Counted from the first letter of the whole stretch, positions 23,316 to 37,165 are shown. The stretch is 63,886 nucleotides of DNA, filler included, from Octopus bimaculoides (GCF_001194135.2; 13 parts of 11 records of this genome joined end to end with filler, not necessarily neighbours in it); one strand, 5' to 3'. Numbers and translations are program-made. Notes: generated from the letters alone by a model not told the origin.

Positions 23316-23670
23316 NNNNNNNNNNNNNNNNNNNNNNNNNNNNNNNNNNNNNNNNNNNNTTAATTAATTAANNNNNNNNNNNNNNNNNNNNNNNNNNNNN
23401 NNNNNNNNNNNNNNNATTCAAAATTAACCATACATGCTGGTTTTGTTGTTGTTATTGTTGCTGCTACTGTTGTTATTGTCACTTACTTCTTTGTATTTTG
23501 ACACTACTTGCCTTCAGAACTCCCTAGGGAATTTTATGCTAGCTTCATCACTTTTATCACTTTTATTTATTTATATATTTATTTTATTCTTTGTTTTGAA
23601 ACGAGATCGAACTTCAGCATTTTATACCGATAGATTTTAGACACTTTTTTTCTGCAACTGGTAAGATTAT

Positions 23671-23759
23671 GTAGGGGGGTGCAAATTTTGATCTTGCACC
23701 CCCTGAAAATTCTAGGGGGTGCGGGTGCACCCGCTGCACCCCCTGTTCCCGGGCCCTTG
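23671..23759. repeat. GC-rich nested inverted GGGGGTGCA/TGCACCCCC motifs, probable MITE end
   Basis: At least four copies in alternating orientation within AT-rich surroundings. Confidence 0.5.
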
Positions 23760-24254
23760 AAGATGTTCGCAACTACCATATTCAACTAGCATTACATCGT
23801 CCAAGACATCAGCACCTCACTAAACCATTCTCCACCAGCTCTCTACATTACCATTTCCTCAAACAATTTCCGGGAATAAAAATAAGGTCTCACACCTATA
23901 ATAGGATGAAATACTTCAATTAACCTAGATTATTCATATGATTAGTAGGTAGAAACTCCCTCTGTAAGTGTTTAAAATTTTCGAAACATCTAAAGGAGGA
24001 TGCATGTTTTATAGATTTCAAACATCTCAAAAGGGAGTTTCTGTTTTCTAATTACTTTGATTTTCTAGATTAATCTAAATGTATTCCATTAAGGAACACT
24101 TTACCCTTTTTATAGTTTCCTGGGTAGGGCGTCCGTCCCCACGTATTTTTCCGTCAGCCATGTTGCTGATATCAAGTTTACCAGTGAGGGGATGGAACCT
24201 GAATATGTTATAGGAACTGAAAATAAAACAAAAACAAATAAATATAGTATTAGC

Positions 24255-25340
24255 CGACCGTTTCCACTTCAGAGGCGTCCGACACCATGATGGTGACGTC
24301 GTCCGTGTATGCAGACACTGCCCTCTCGAGTCTAATTTCGAAAGGGAGACTTCTTAACTGTTCCATCTACCGCAGCAGTGGCTCGAGAGGCAACCCTGAC
24401 GGACCGAACGTGCTATACTAAAAAGTTCCGATAGGTGGCCATTTACTTTGACCACCGAGCAGGTGCGCTGTGCATTGCAGCAATCCAGCCTCTGAAAATG
24501 GGTCCGAAACCGGCCGCTGTAAGGACGGCTTCCAAATAGCGATGGTCTACTCCATCGAAAGCTTTCGATTGATCTAAATAGATCAAGGCCCCACCGAGGC
24601 CAGCTTTCGTCTCAGCCCTCTCTAGGATGTATCGCAGAAGGTGGAGGTTAATGTGGACTGACCTGCTCGAGATTGCGCACGTTTGTACCTCCCCGACCAG
24701 ACTACCAACAACAAGCGCCAACCTTTTCGCTAACACCTTGGCCAAGATCTTAAACTCTGTTTAGCAGAGTTATGGGCCGAAAATTCCCGAGCACATCCCC
24801 ATTGTCGGCGTACTTTCTCAGCAATGTTACTACACCCCGGCTAACAACACTAGGAATTCTCCCGTTCTGCTGCCAGTTACTGTAGACATCTGCCAAACAA
24901 ATCTGGCATGAAAACATAGAATTCGTAGCGCAGACCATCCAAACCAATTGCTCATCAACTCTCGTATTTCAGAGGCTGTAATCGGCGCTTCGCAGAATCT
25001 CGTGTCCATCGCCGATAGCCGTAGTAGGCTGTCTAGGTACGAAGGAAAGTTAGCTACCGTCGTCGACCCATCACCCTCCCCAAACAGCCGCGCAAAGGGC
25101 TCCTGTAAAGCCGCACACATCTGCTCAGAACCGAGTAGCATGCGTCCGTCCTGATCTATCAAAGACTTGATCGTGGTTTTGTTTCCACGTCGAGTCTCTA
25201 CCGTTCGGGCCCATCGGATGGCTTTAGCTCCTTCGTATTTTAGCGCACGAACCTTAGCTCTTACAACGCACCCTTTGTGTTTCGCCTCAAAGAAATGGTC
25301 AAGGGTCATTCTTGCCGTTAACACGTCGATCGCAACACCA
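24255..25340 (-). mobile_element. L1/Tx1-clade reverse transcriptase remnant (frameshifted)
   Basis: Motifs in order: GLDGL.YEFY, NFRPITLLN, AKVLAKRL, YLDQSKAFDGVDH, VKVNGHLS..SVRQGC and SAYTDDVTI (24298-24309, YADD mutated). Confidence 0.92.
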
Positions 25341-25575
25341 AAGATGATTTGAAGGCAAGGATTATGGCAGCATTCACAGAATGTCAAAAAGAGTTGCAAG
25401 AGATTCAGAAGCCGTCTGGATACCGTGGTTGAAGCCAATAGCGATTTTATTGAATAAATTTACTCTTTAGTATTTCAAGATATTTTTATGTGATATTGGT
25501 AAATATCTGTTAAAATGAGATGCCACTGTTATTTTCATCTTTGCATAATTTAGACGACAAATTATTCACCGAAAG
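25340..25575 (+). mobile_element. Tc1/mariner (DDxD, maT-like) transposase C-terminal remnant
   Basis: NTKDDLKARIMAAFT...KKSCKRFRSRLDTVVEANSDFIE*, homologous to 30475-30719. Confidence 0.8.
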
Positions 25576-25771
25576 CGTATACTGTTGTTAAATGCTCGAA
25601 ATACGAGACTAGAAAAACAGCTAACAACTCATGAAGAGCCGTTTATATGTTGTTTGTTTTGTTTTCCATTTGTGTCTTTCGTTGGTCGAAAGAATAGTTC
25701 ATGCACCATGTACTTGTGCTTCGTATTTTTTTTGTTGTACACGTTTCGTGACGTCCTGTGCCCACATATAC

Positions 25772-25802
<31 letters not shown>

Positions 25803-25902
25803 NNNNNNNNNNNNNNNNNNNNNNNNNNNNNNNNNNNNNNNNNNNNTTAATTAATTAANNNNNNNNNNNNNNNNNNNNNNNNNNNNNNNNNNNNNNNNNN
25901 NN

Positions 25903-25944
<42 letters not shown>

Positions 25945-27755
25945 ATTTACTTTTCGTAATGGGATAAAAGACCAAGACTGTGTATAATATAGAACATAAG
26001 TATATATATACGTATTACCCTAGTCTAGATAACTGCTTGTATGCCTATACGTGTGTGGTGCATCCTGTATTAGTGTACGCAGTCTACAATAATTTATCCT
26101 TATTTTGGGGAAATGGGTCATAATAGGTCTGCTTATTTTGTTAACCCAGCAGAGAAAAAGAAAACTGATGTTGTCATAAGTAAAATTTGAACGGAGACCT
26201 AAACTTAAAACAACAATCTATTGTACTCCAGAGACCTACCACCACAGCAAGTAGTCACCCCCCACCAGCATACCAAACTCATACGGGTAAATAATTGTTG
26301 TGTTCTAGAGCACACGCAAACAGGTTATACTTAGACAGCTATCGAACGATTGTTGAGACTTGTTTAAGGATTATGCAAATGCCAATAATCATTTCGAAAG
26401 ATATTCTGAATATTTTCAATTGATAGCATCAGATTTCATTGAAAATAAGTTTTATAACATTTCCCAAATCTATAAGTCTTATAATCTTAAATAATAAAAG
26501 GAAGTAACTTTATAATTTATTTTGCAGTATAACATATAGTAGAATTAATATATTCTATTTTATTATCTATATATTTTGGGGAAATATACTTACCCTACAG
26601 AATTTTTATTTTGTTTGTGTACAACTGAGATAAGCACATTTTTCAAGCCTTTATTCCTTTGCAGTACTAGATATGTAATTTATTGTTGCTCTAAAAGTTA
26701 GACCTCTACAAACGTTCATACTCAATTGGATAGTGCAGATGTTATTTTATTCTTTACACTACATTACACGTACTATATGAGAGAACATTACTGTAAAGAA
26801 TTATTCTCAGCCATTAACAGATCTTTAGGTACAGGGAAATGAAATTCTAAGTTCAAAATCTTATAACATCTTAGAAAAAAAAAGTGTTATTTCTTTCAGT
26901 TGCCTGCCCCAAACATTGCTTTCCAATTATTTCTTATAATAATGTATGTAGGGAATACGATATCAAAGACCACAAAGTTGCACATATAAATATGAAGAAA
27001 ATCAAATCTCACTTTCCTTACAATTGTGAAGCGTTTCAGTGAAATGAATTACATTTTTAGAATTGAATATGCGAAGGATAAATTGATGTATTATAAAGTA
27101 ATTTTCGTTTGCTATCATTTCCATATCGATTATTTAAAGAAGTATTTCAGCAATCATATCATATTATGATAAACACGAGTGGAAGTTTTTGGTGAAACGT
27201 TAATCTGAATAATCTTTTTTCCTTTAAATACTTTTCCTTCCTAAGAAGTAGGCGAGAAAATAATAATTTAATGTTTTTAGTTTGACTGTATACACGCAAT
27301 GTTACAAGATCTTTGTGTCAAATGAAAGAAAATGATAGCAAATTGATTCATGTCTCTGTCTTTTTGTAAATTTCCTCTCTACAAATTTCTCTTATGATTA
27401 CAATATCTTGAATTTAGTAATTGTCGGACATAACAAAATAAACAGTGTTGCCAAACCGGAAGCAACATTTCTTTCATTAATGGCAATCAACCAAAATACT
27501 TTTTTGTTTTGGAAAAGTCACAACGAATAAAATAAAAAAAAATAGAGAAACTAAAATTATATTCATTATATAATCAATTAATTATGAGAATAAAAAAGTT
27601 TTCAGAATAATATTCGGGACATAGATGATGAATTAGATAGGCTAAAGGAGAACTGAAAAATCGTTGAGTTAGCGGTTCGACATAAGGGTGGTGGAAGGAC
27701 AAAACTCATGGACAAGCGGAAAAATAATGACTTGTGATGAAATTTAGTTACATAC

Positions 27756-27850
27756 CTTCCTATTCGTAGTTCGAATCTTATCAAATCTGGATTCACATTA
27801 TCTTTCACCTTGTCGCGACTATAAATTACCCCACACTCACTGTGGGCAGG
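27756..27850 (-). CDS. Candidate internal coding exon, product unknown
   Basis: Acceptor TTTAATCAG| (alternative CCACAG| at 27839) and donor GGAAG|GTATGT, with an in-frame stop just upstream. Peptide PAHSECGVIYSRDKVKDNVNPDLIRFELRIG lies in unique AT-rich sequence. Confidence 0.4.
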
Positions 27851-28394
27851 CTGATTAAATCAATAATATGTTTGAATACAAATGTTTGCTCTTGTGCAAA
27901 TTCTAAACACCATCAAGTTATCGACGACATGTGTTCTATTCTAACCTTTAGTGAATTATTCCCTTTCATATTTGCGCAACCCCACTAAGTTTGTGCGATA
28001 TCTGCAAAGCTCTTTCTCTTGTATTTGTGTTATATGTATAATTAATATTTTCTTCTTCTATTGTATATAGCTCTAAAGCTTCTTGCTGTTATACATGCAT
28101 AAATCTTTGCCTCTTGTATTTAAATATCTTGTTTGTTTCTGTCTTAGTATACATTCACTAGAATTTTCCTAGTAGCATAACGTCACTAGCGCCTCCAAAA
28201 CTGAGTGGTCTCAATGGTAATGGCATGACACCACTATGATATTTTCGGTCATTGAACGACGAGGAAAACTCCGCTGCGAATATACCGTGCATCGTGACTT
28301 TGTCTAAATTTCCCGTCCGTTAAGTTTTTGTGTAGTTTCTCGTTTGCTCTGATTTCGTCTACTGTTTTCTCCTTGAGTACTTTCTGTTAAACCC

Positions 28395-28437
<43 letters not shown>

Positions 28438-28447
28438 NNNNNNNNNN

Positions 28448-28482
<35 letters not shown>

Positions 28483-28795
28483 GTGTAACATATTTGCCAC
28501 TTAAATGTGACTATCCACTAAGGGTGACAATGGGTAAATACCCAGAAATTCGAATCAGTGCGTATCACGTCCGGTCGATGATGGGAAGGATGGCTTCCCT
28601 TTGAAAATATTGATAGGGCTTAGAAAGTGTGTCAATAGCCAGCTGGAGAAGGTGTTCTCCTGGGGCTACAANNNNNNNNNNNNNNNNNNNNNNNNNNNNN
28701 NNNNNNNNNNNNNNNNNNNNNNNNNNNNNNNNNNNNNNNNNNNNNNNNNNNNNNNNNNNNNNNNNNNNNNNNNNNNNNNNNNNNNNNNNNNNNNN

Positions 28796-28837
<42 letters not shown>

Positions 28838-29550
28838 TCAAAGTGTACAAATCCCGAGATCGTAATTCGAGATATTGTAAACATTATAATTACGGTCAGC
28901 AGAGAGTGATTATGACATTGATATTGATAGTTGTAACTTGTGATTTTTCTTCTTAGTTTTCTGGTTTAGCCGAAGTTTATCATTGTCCGTTGCATTAACA
29001 ACTATTTGTTCTTTTACACTTAAAGCTAGAACGTCAAAAGTTTCACGGACGATGGTAAGAAAATTTTAACTCCAATGTATTCTCTTGTAATGTCTAGAAG
29101 TATGATCAACGGCGGAGGTTGTATCCAACAGTTGATGTCGATGCTGCTATTGATAGAGATGATGATGATGATGATCTTGATGATATTGCGCAAGAAGCGT
29201 AGGAGGTGAATGTAGAGTTGGCGTTGGGACTGATGAGGAGGAAAATGTGGCGTTGTTAGTGGTCATGTTAATGATGACGACGCCGACGACGATCATGATA
29301 ACGGTGATGATGTTGATGGTGATGATGATGATGACAACGATAACAATAGCGTTAATAAATTCGAAGATAATTAAAATTATGACGAGATTACAATAAGTTT
29401 TAGGAATAATAGTTCAAACCTGAGAGAGAGGAAAAAAAATAAACATGAATTATTATTAAGGAGTTATGAGAAGTTATCTTTTGAAATGAATCCTGTATCT
29501 CTTTCATTAGAGAGTGAGACAGACAGACATATATTATGTCTATCTATCTA

Positions 29551-29586
<36 letters not shown>

Positions 29587-29593
29587 AATATAT

Positions 29594-29653
<60 letters not shown>

Positions 29654-30474
29654 NNNNNNNNNNNNNNNNNNNNNNNNNNNNNNNNNNNNNNNNNNNNTTA
29701 ATTAATTAANNNNNNNNNNNNNNNNNNNNNNNNNNNNNNNNNNNNNNNNNNNNTATATATATATATATATATATACAAATATATATATATATATATATAC
29801 AGGGAGAGAGAATATTTACATGCATAGGGCCACGTATATTTACATCATTACACGTAAATAGTTATGAACGATGTCAACATTTGCATATATATATTTGCAT
29901 GTACGTTTGTTGATATAATCTCATCTCACACACACTCAGACACACAAATGCATACAAACACATTCATACATATATACATACATATATAGATACATACATA
30001 CACGCCCCCCCCCCATATATATATATACGAGGTGCGTACATATATGAAGCTATTATAAAAGTGCTTATGTATATTTATATATTTCTATAAAGCCAGTTTA
30101 TGACAGATGAATGGCACTTTTCTGAGCTAGTCGTCCAATGAATTGTCAAACGTTTACGATGCATTATTGCATGGTTCAGAAGCACTTAAATTATCATCAC
30201 CTGTGTAGATAATTAAAAAGATATAACTGCCCGAGTTCATTCGTACTATGCATGCATATATAGTGCTGTAATGTATACGCGTGTATGTACGTGCTTAGTT
30301 GAGTATTTGTGTTGTGTTGATGTCCGTGTCCATCAAAATATGGCAGGAGCCGTAATTAAATGTCCGATTAATCGTGGAACCCGAAGACAGAGTTATTTTG
30401 AGATATATGTTCATGTATGAGGAGAAAGACTTAATGTCAGCGATAAAAATTCACTATATATATATATATATATG

Positions 30475-30713
30475 CCCCTTGATAATTATGTGTGGGCCGC
30501 AGTTGAGCGAGAAACCTCCAACAAAACTCATTGTGACACTAAAGATGGACTGAAGGCAAGAATTGTGGCAAATATTCGCCGACTTCAACATGAAGACCGT
30601 CCAGAGGTGCTGCCGGAGATTCTGAAGTCGTCTGGAGGTTGTAGTTGACGCCAACGGCGATATTATTGAATAAATTTATTGTTTAGCATTTGAAGATATT
30701 TTTATGCAATTTT

Positions 30714-30719
<6 letters not shown>
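30475..30719 (+). mobile_element. Tc1/mariner (DDxD, maT-like) transposase C-terminal remnant
   Basis: PLDNYVWAAVERET.NKTHCDTKDGLKARIVA / KTVQRCCRRF*SRLEVVVDANGDIIE*. Confidence 0.85.
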
Positions 30720-30756
<37 letters not shown>

Positions 30757-30766
30757 NNNNNNNNNN

Positions 30767-30808
<42 letters not shown>

Positions 30809-31843
30809 CACAGAGCTGGGTTTAAGTCCGTTAAACAGTCAATCGTTAATTAACGAAGTTAACATTTTCGCTAACGATTTAACTTTGAAAATCATTATCG
30901 GACAAATTAACTCCCGTTACATTTAGCTTCCGTTAACTCATTCATGTCAGTTAACCCCAAAAAATTTCATAAAAACCGGTAAACGTTTAAAAGTTTTTAT
31001 TGTTTTCAGGTTGTCTTAGCATATTTAATATTGTACGCATCATTCTTTCAACCCCGATATAATGCCACTTATTATCATAAATGACTAGTAGGACCTCGTT
31101 TGGCCCTACCAAAATTTGAAACCGCGAAACCGGGCCCATGAGCCTGGCTAGGCTTTAAAAAGGGCGCATTTATTTTTTTCTTTATATACATACAAACACA
31201 TATGCGCATAGTTTAATTATTAAGTTATCTATATATATTGACTCGATGCGAGGTGTCTTTGTGTTCATGTGTGAACACGTCGACACATATAAACACGCAT
31301 GAATTCACCGTTCTACAGAGATTTATGAATGCACGCATAGACATCAGTGCATATAACTTAGACATCAGTGTATATACCTCAATCTTTTAATAACGCTCCG
31401 AGGAATGGTTTAATGCAGATATTTCGAGAAAAGAAGGAAGAAAAAATTAAGATATATGAAAATAATTTATACTAAACGAAACGGCTAATATACTGCCTGA
31501 TAATTGAGGGCCAAAATGTTGAAGTTGACCGCTGATTGGATGAGATCTTTGGTTTATACGCGATCGATGCCTCAATTTCTATAATTGCTATTATCAAATA
31601 CGTATGAATATTTAACAAAGTTACTATTCTCTGGGAGCCTGTATGTTTTTTTTTATTAAATGTAACTGTTGGAGAATAGGAAAAAAGTGAGGACAAATAA
31701 ACACCCGTACTTGAATACAGCAATTTCTTCAAATTCAAGCGCACTAATTGATGTTAGCATTTCTATCCCACTGAAACGTATACTGATATATATTGATATA
31801 AATGCACACATACATACACAGACACATAGATACACACACACAG

Positions 31844-31889
<46 letters not shown>

Positions 31890-32593
31890 CTAACTCTGCA
31901 TATGAATATATATATATATATGTATGTATTTTTATCTAAGTATATATATATATATACTTGACTAATAGAAATAATTAAATATTAGGACGTGTATAAAACG
32001 ATAGAAATGAAATAAAATAGCAGTGACATATTCCATTATCATTGATTATTTTTAAGAAACATCCTATAATTACAATATTGAATACATTATTGATTATCCA
32101 AGAAAAAAATGCTTAATTTTAGAAAGCTGCTATTAAACGTTCCTATTGACTATGTAAGTGTAACTGGGCAAAGGTCATTCTGGGCTTTTGTTAAATATAT
32201 ATAAATGTATTTGAATGATATTGAGTGTTTATAGTATTGAGGTGATATTGGTAAAGTAATAAAGAATGGAATTATAAGGTAATAAATTCTACTTCTCTTA
32301 GTCTGAGATATGTCCGGGTTTTAGTTATATATTTTTCTCGTAACACTTAACATTAATTAGACCAGACTTTCAACTGTCTCAAATGTTTAAACGTTATACA
32401 GACTTTGAGGATAGAAATACGAATCATATCTACGTATATGCATGGTGTTTATGTATCATTCTACTTATACACACACAAATACATAAATGGATGTAGATAA
32501 GTAGGTAGATTGATGGATTGATAGATAGTAAGATACATACATACATATATACAGACATACACATTTATATTTTATACAGACATGCAATCTTGC

Positions 32594-32667
<74 letters not shown>

Positions 32668-32809
32668 TTGTAAGCAAACATGAATTCATACTTCCAAACT
32701 TCTGTATATGCATGCATAGATAAATATATATTTATAAAAATCTGTTGTTATATACTAAGATACGTGGATGGGTACAAATACACGCATACAGATTCATACA
32801 CATACGTGA

Positions 32810-33185
32810 TTCCGGATACCGCGAATCTAGATCCAAAAGATGATCCCCTTCAGTAGGACGTCCAAAACGTTCTTTTCATTATCATCTTAAGCGGTCTCTC
32901 ATTTTATGCACTCTCAATCGGTTGGAGATCCTGGCTGATGATAGGAAACCATAGACGTCAATGTGTGACACTGGAGTACAGTAGTTTGAAACCGAAGTAG
33001 GACAATGCATGAAGGGAAGAGGAAACTGCGTCATCAAATCCCCGCTGCTGTTGTAGGGGTCACTTTCAGTACTCTCATTGCTACAGGATCTGTCTGCCTC
33101 ATACCGGTCTCGGCAGCTACCTCCGCTCAAATGATGGAGGATATATCGGACACGGACTAAGACGAATGTCCTGGATTGACGATGC
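32810..33185 (+). mobile_element. RTE-clade LINE 3' end
   Basis: GRPKRSF..HLKRSL...LEILADDRKP*TSMCDTGVQ*FE, then one degenerate finger FQYSHCYRICLPHTGLGSYLR. Confidence 0.75.
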
Positions 33186-33827
33186 CATTACCTTAAATGA
33201 ACCGTCATAAGCAAGTAATTTAAGTAATGAATTGAACCCTACATGATAGGGCAGGCTAAAGTGAAACTTCCACAAGATAGGGCAGGCTAAAGTGAAAACT
33301 CCAAACCACATTAAATAATAATAGACGCAAAAAATATTATTGATATTTTCATGCTGTAATGTATAAGTATTTCAATGAGTCAGTAATTCATTTCTTCGGT
33401 ATTTTGGCAGAATAAAGATGTAAATTTCAGATGGATAATTGGATGGTTGATTCAAACCTCTTCCGTTTAGCTATTAGCAGGAAGAATTCTTTAATAATAA
33501 ATTAGACCTTTGTAACTCTGGGAATAAAGTACGTACTGAGCGAGAAATATTCGATATAAAATTATACATAATTAGAGTACATAACCTCAGCGACTCAGTG
33601 CTAAATAATGTCGAATGTATTAGAGAAAGTATATATTTATCGAATGCAAACATAAATACCTCACACCCCGTCCACACATACTTAGTATATATATATGTAT
33701 ATGAGTTTGTGCGTGGATTTGTGGATGTATGCAAACANNNNNNNNNNATATATATATGTATATGAGTTTGTGCGTGGATTTGTGGATGTATGCAAACACA
33801 CACACACACACACACACATATATAGGC

Positions 33828-34030
33828 AGATGTTGGACAACATAATGGAATTTTTGTCCATTCTTCAGCTAAAACAGTCTCCAGTTTTTGGAGTGATGGT
33901 GATGGAGGATATCGACTCCTTACTTGTATTTCTAAAATGTACCATAAATGTCCAATAATATTGAGATCTGGAGACTGTAGTGGCCAGATAAGATGTTCAA
34001 CTTCACTAGAATTATCCCCGTGCCATTCAT
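33828..34030 (-). mobile_element. Tc1 (DD34E-type) transposase C-terminal remnant
   Basis: WPLQSPDLNIIGHLWYILEIQVRSRYPPSPSLQKLETVLAEEWTKIP. The catalytic E appears as G. Confidence 0.85.
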
Positions 34031-34174
34031 AGCTTGGAAATTACGGTACACGAATGTATGTCCCTTTTTCCATGTTAATTATCCTGCATTTTATAGGGGA
34101 CCGCGAATCATCGTAAAAGACTGTAAGTGGACTGACACATAAAAGTTCTTTAAAAGTTTAAGAATCACTGAGGC

Positions 34175-34254
<80 letters not shown>

Positions 34255-34256
34255 GC

Positions 34257-34322
<66 letters not shown>

Positions 34323-34338
34323 GGATGCATAGATAGAT
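34175..34338. repeat. (GATA)n tetranucleotide tract
   Basis: Direct reading. Similar tracts at about 17760-17840, 21705-21920, 38620-38722, 46146-46225 and 54068-54150. Confidence 0.95.
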
Positions 34339-34477
34339 AATATGAGCGTGCAGAAATACATATATGAGCAGACCTGTGCGGAGAGTGATTATATAAACAT
34401 GTAAAGGAAGTGAGAGAACCATGCACATGCATATATGCATGCAGCCACACCGACGCACACACATACGAAGAATCATG

Positions 34478-34515
<38 letters not shown>

Positions 34516-34639
34516 TATACATTGTGAGTGTGTTTGTGTGTGCGTGTGTGACATGTATGAAAAATAACTCAAAAATGAAATTTACAAGTAGTAGACCGTA
34601 TAAAGCGCATTTATCCGAGAATAGCAGATGAGTGGCAGT

Positions 34640-34992
34640 GGCATTGCTGTGTGGTTAACAAGCTCATTTTTCACCCACGTAGTTTGGGGTTCAATGCCAC
34701 TTCGCGTCCCTTCGGTCAAGTGTATTTTACTATAACCTCTCATCGACTAATGTTTTGTGATGAATTTGCTTGACGGAAACCGTGTGTCACTCTGTGTTTG
34801 TTTTTGTTTCCAACTATCACATGTCAACCGGTTTTAGTTTGCTTACCTTCGATTAATTTAGCTGTTAGGCAAAATAGACCCAGAGAAATCAGTACTAGAT
34901 TTAGCAAGAAATAACTGAGTCTATCTGTTCGACTAAACTGCTTGAAGAGGTGCTCCAGCATGGTCGCCGTTCAGCAATTGAAACAAGTAAAT
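34640..34992 (+). mobile_element. SINE family C, degenerate
   Basis: Head GCTGTGTGGTTAA..., tail GGTGCTCCAGCATGG...GAAACAAGTAAA. Confidence 0.7.
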
Positions 34993-35137
34993 TATAAAAG
35001 TTAACCATCACAATCAGTACGATCCAGAATCCCCATAATACCATCTTATTCTAAAGCGTTAAACAACAATATTGTGTATGGTATTATCATCATTATTACA
35101 ACATAGACAAAGTTGCCTGGGAGATTACATGATACTA

Positions 35138-35532
35138 TTGTTGATGTTGCTGTTGGCACTCCGTGGCTTAAGACGTCGAGGGCTCCAGTTGATCCGATTA
35201 ACGGAACAGCCTGCTCGTGAAATTAACGTGCAAGTGGCTGAGCACTCTACAGACACGTGTACCCTTAACGTAGTTCTCGGAGATATTCAGCGTGACACAG
35301 TGTGACAAGACTGGCCCTTTGAATTACAGGCACAACAGAAACAGGAAGTAAGAGTGAGAGAAAGTTGTGGTGGAAGAGTACAGCAGGGTTCGCCACCATC
35401 CCCTACCGGAGCCTCGTGGAGCTTTAGGAGTTTTTTCGCTCAATAAACACTCCCAAGGCCGGGTCTGGGAATCAAAACCGCGATGCTATGACCGCGTGTC
35501 CGCTGCCCTAACCACTGGGCCATTGCGCCTCC
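35138..35532 (-). mobile_element. SINE family A
   Basis: Reverse-complement match to 1723-2109. Confidence 0.9.
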
Positions 35533-35977
35533 ACACATGATACTATAAATTACAATGATTCCATGGTCTCGAAATTGCTCTCTCGAATTCATGGTCTATA
35601 AAATGTATCGATCAATGCCTATTGCTTTATATGTATTTGTATTGCAATTATCACTGGATTAAATAATATTTCTCGCCTCGTTTAATGATAAACATGGTAT
35701 AAAATCTTATTGATCAGTTTACAGAGATGTAATATCACAGATATAATTGCATTTATCGATATTTAATACCATTTTATTTCCTTTATGCTGGCATAAATCT
35801 TTCTCATTTAGTATGTTTTACTATAGTATCTATTATTTAGTATCTATTATTTAGAGAGTTCCTAAAAATGACAAAATAGTACTGTATATGACTACGACAA
35901 AGTAAAAATTCCAAGAGATTCATTACAGGTGATAATAAAAATGAAGCTACCTCTCTAAAATACCCAACAGAAGCACT

Positions 35978-36222
35978 AGTGGCTGTGTGGTAAGTAGCTT
36001 GCTTACCAACCATATGGTTCCGTGTTCATTCCAACTGCGTGACACCTTGGGCAAGTGTCTTCTACTATAGCCTCTGGCCTACCAAAGCCTTGTGAGTGGA
36101 TTTGGTACACGGAAACTGAAACAAGCTCGTCGTATATATGTATATATATATGTATGTGCACGTATATGTTTGTGTATCAGTGTCGCCCCCAACATCGCTT
36201 GATAACCAATGGTAGTGTGTTT
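35978..36222 (+). mobile_element. SINE family C, lacking its 3' end
   Basis: Matches the first 250 bp of 56641-57052. Confidence 0.85.
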
Positions 36223-36249
36223 ACTGTGGTGAAATTATATTTTAGAGAG

Positions 36250-36900
36250 GTTCACAATTAAAACCAAAATCACGAGAATCTAATTTATGTTATAACTTGT
36301 TCAGGTTGTGGACATAACTATATAGGACAGAAACGTACGACGCACAGACGAAGAAGCACATTACATAAGCAACATATCCGTTTACAGACAACTTCGTTTG
36401 AGTAAACTCATGGAGAGATATACAGGTAATATGAAACCAAACTTCACTGTTTTCCCCATCTTACCAGTGCAAAGATATAATTCCTACACAAGAACGTTGA
36501 AATATATTTATTGAAAAATGCAGAACACTTCTAAATATGAACGCATAACCAACTTTGGTCTTAGTATATATTTTAATTCATGTTCACATACACATTATTG
36601 TAACTATTTCATCTCACTACTTTAGATTTAAAGTTTGTGCATATTTATTTACTTCTCTCCCAGTTATCTCTGCACAGTTATCTCTCCTCTCCCGAATAAT
36701 AACGATCACCAATTACCTCCCCTTAGATTTTTCTACCTGTTGGTTCATTTCATTCACGAACTCTCATACACAGCATGAATTAAAAGCTTCTTAAGAAAAT
36801 AAGAAATTACAATAATTTCAATGTCATGATTACGGAAAGCGAAACCGGTCGACAAACACAATAATTTTCACGTATAAAATATATATTAAAAAAATATGAA
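36250..36900 (+). mobile_element. Penelope-like element 3' remnant (GIY-YIG endonuclease plus 3' UTR)
   Basis: NLIYVITCSGCGHNYIGQ...TLHKQHIR (36277-36381), then FTVFP and FIEKCRTLLN, matching the Penelope GIY-YIG pattern NLIY.I.C..C...YIG. Confidence 0.85.
36822..36854 (+). ncRNA. Candidate minimal hammerhead with an A3-U8 core in the Penelope 3' region
   Basis: TGTC-ATGATTA-C-GGAAAGC-GAA-ACCGGT-C-GACA. Helix I is 4 bp, helix III is palindromic and helix II is damaged (1 bp). Confidence 0.5.
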
Positions 36901-37061
36901 AACTATGTAAACTGTGTGCTTTTTCCTTCTTTTATTATATATATATATATATNNNNNNNNNNNNNNNNNNNNNNNNNNNNNNNNNNNNNNNNNNNNNNNN
37001 NNNNNNNNNNNTATATATATTGCGTTACAATTCACATTGCGGGAATAATTGAAATTCTTTC

Positions 37062-37067
<6 letters not shown>

Positions 37068-37141
<74 letters not shown>

Positions 37142-37165
37142 CATTATTATTATTATTATTATTAT

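Noticed and set aside
23951-24042. 11-bp inverted repeat AGAAACTCCCT/AGGGAGTTTCT
   Set aside because: It is short, with no target-site duplication or second copy to support an element.
33245-33298. 31-bp local tandem duplication (similar ones at about 8245, 31345, 35825 and 36660)
   Set aside because: Ordinary slippage or repair duplications with no further structure.
33685-33800. 50-bp direct duplication flanking a 10-N gap
   Set aside because: This is typical of overlapping contig ends left unmerged, so it is an assembly artefact.
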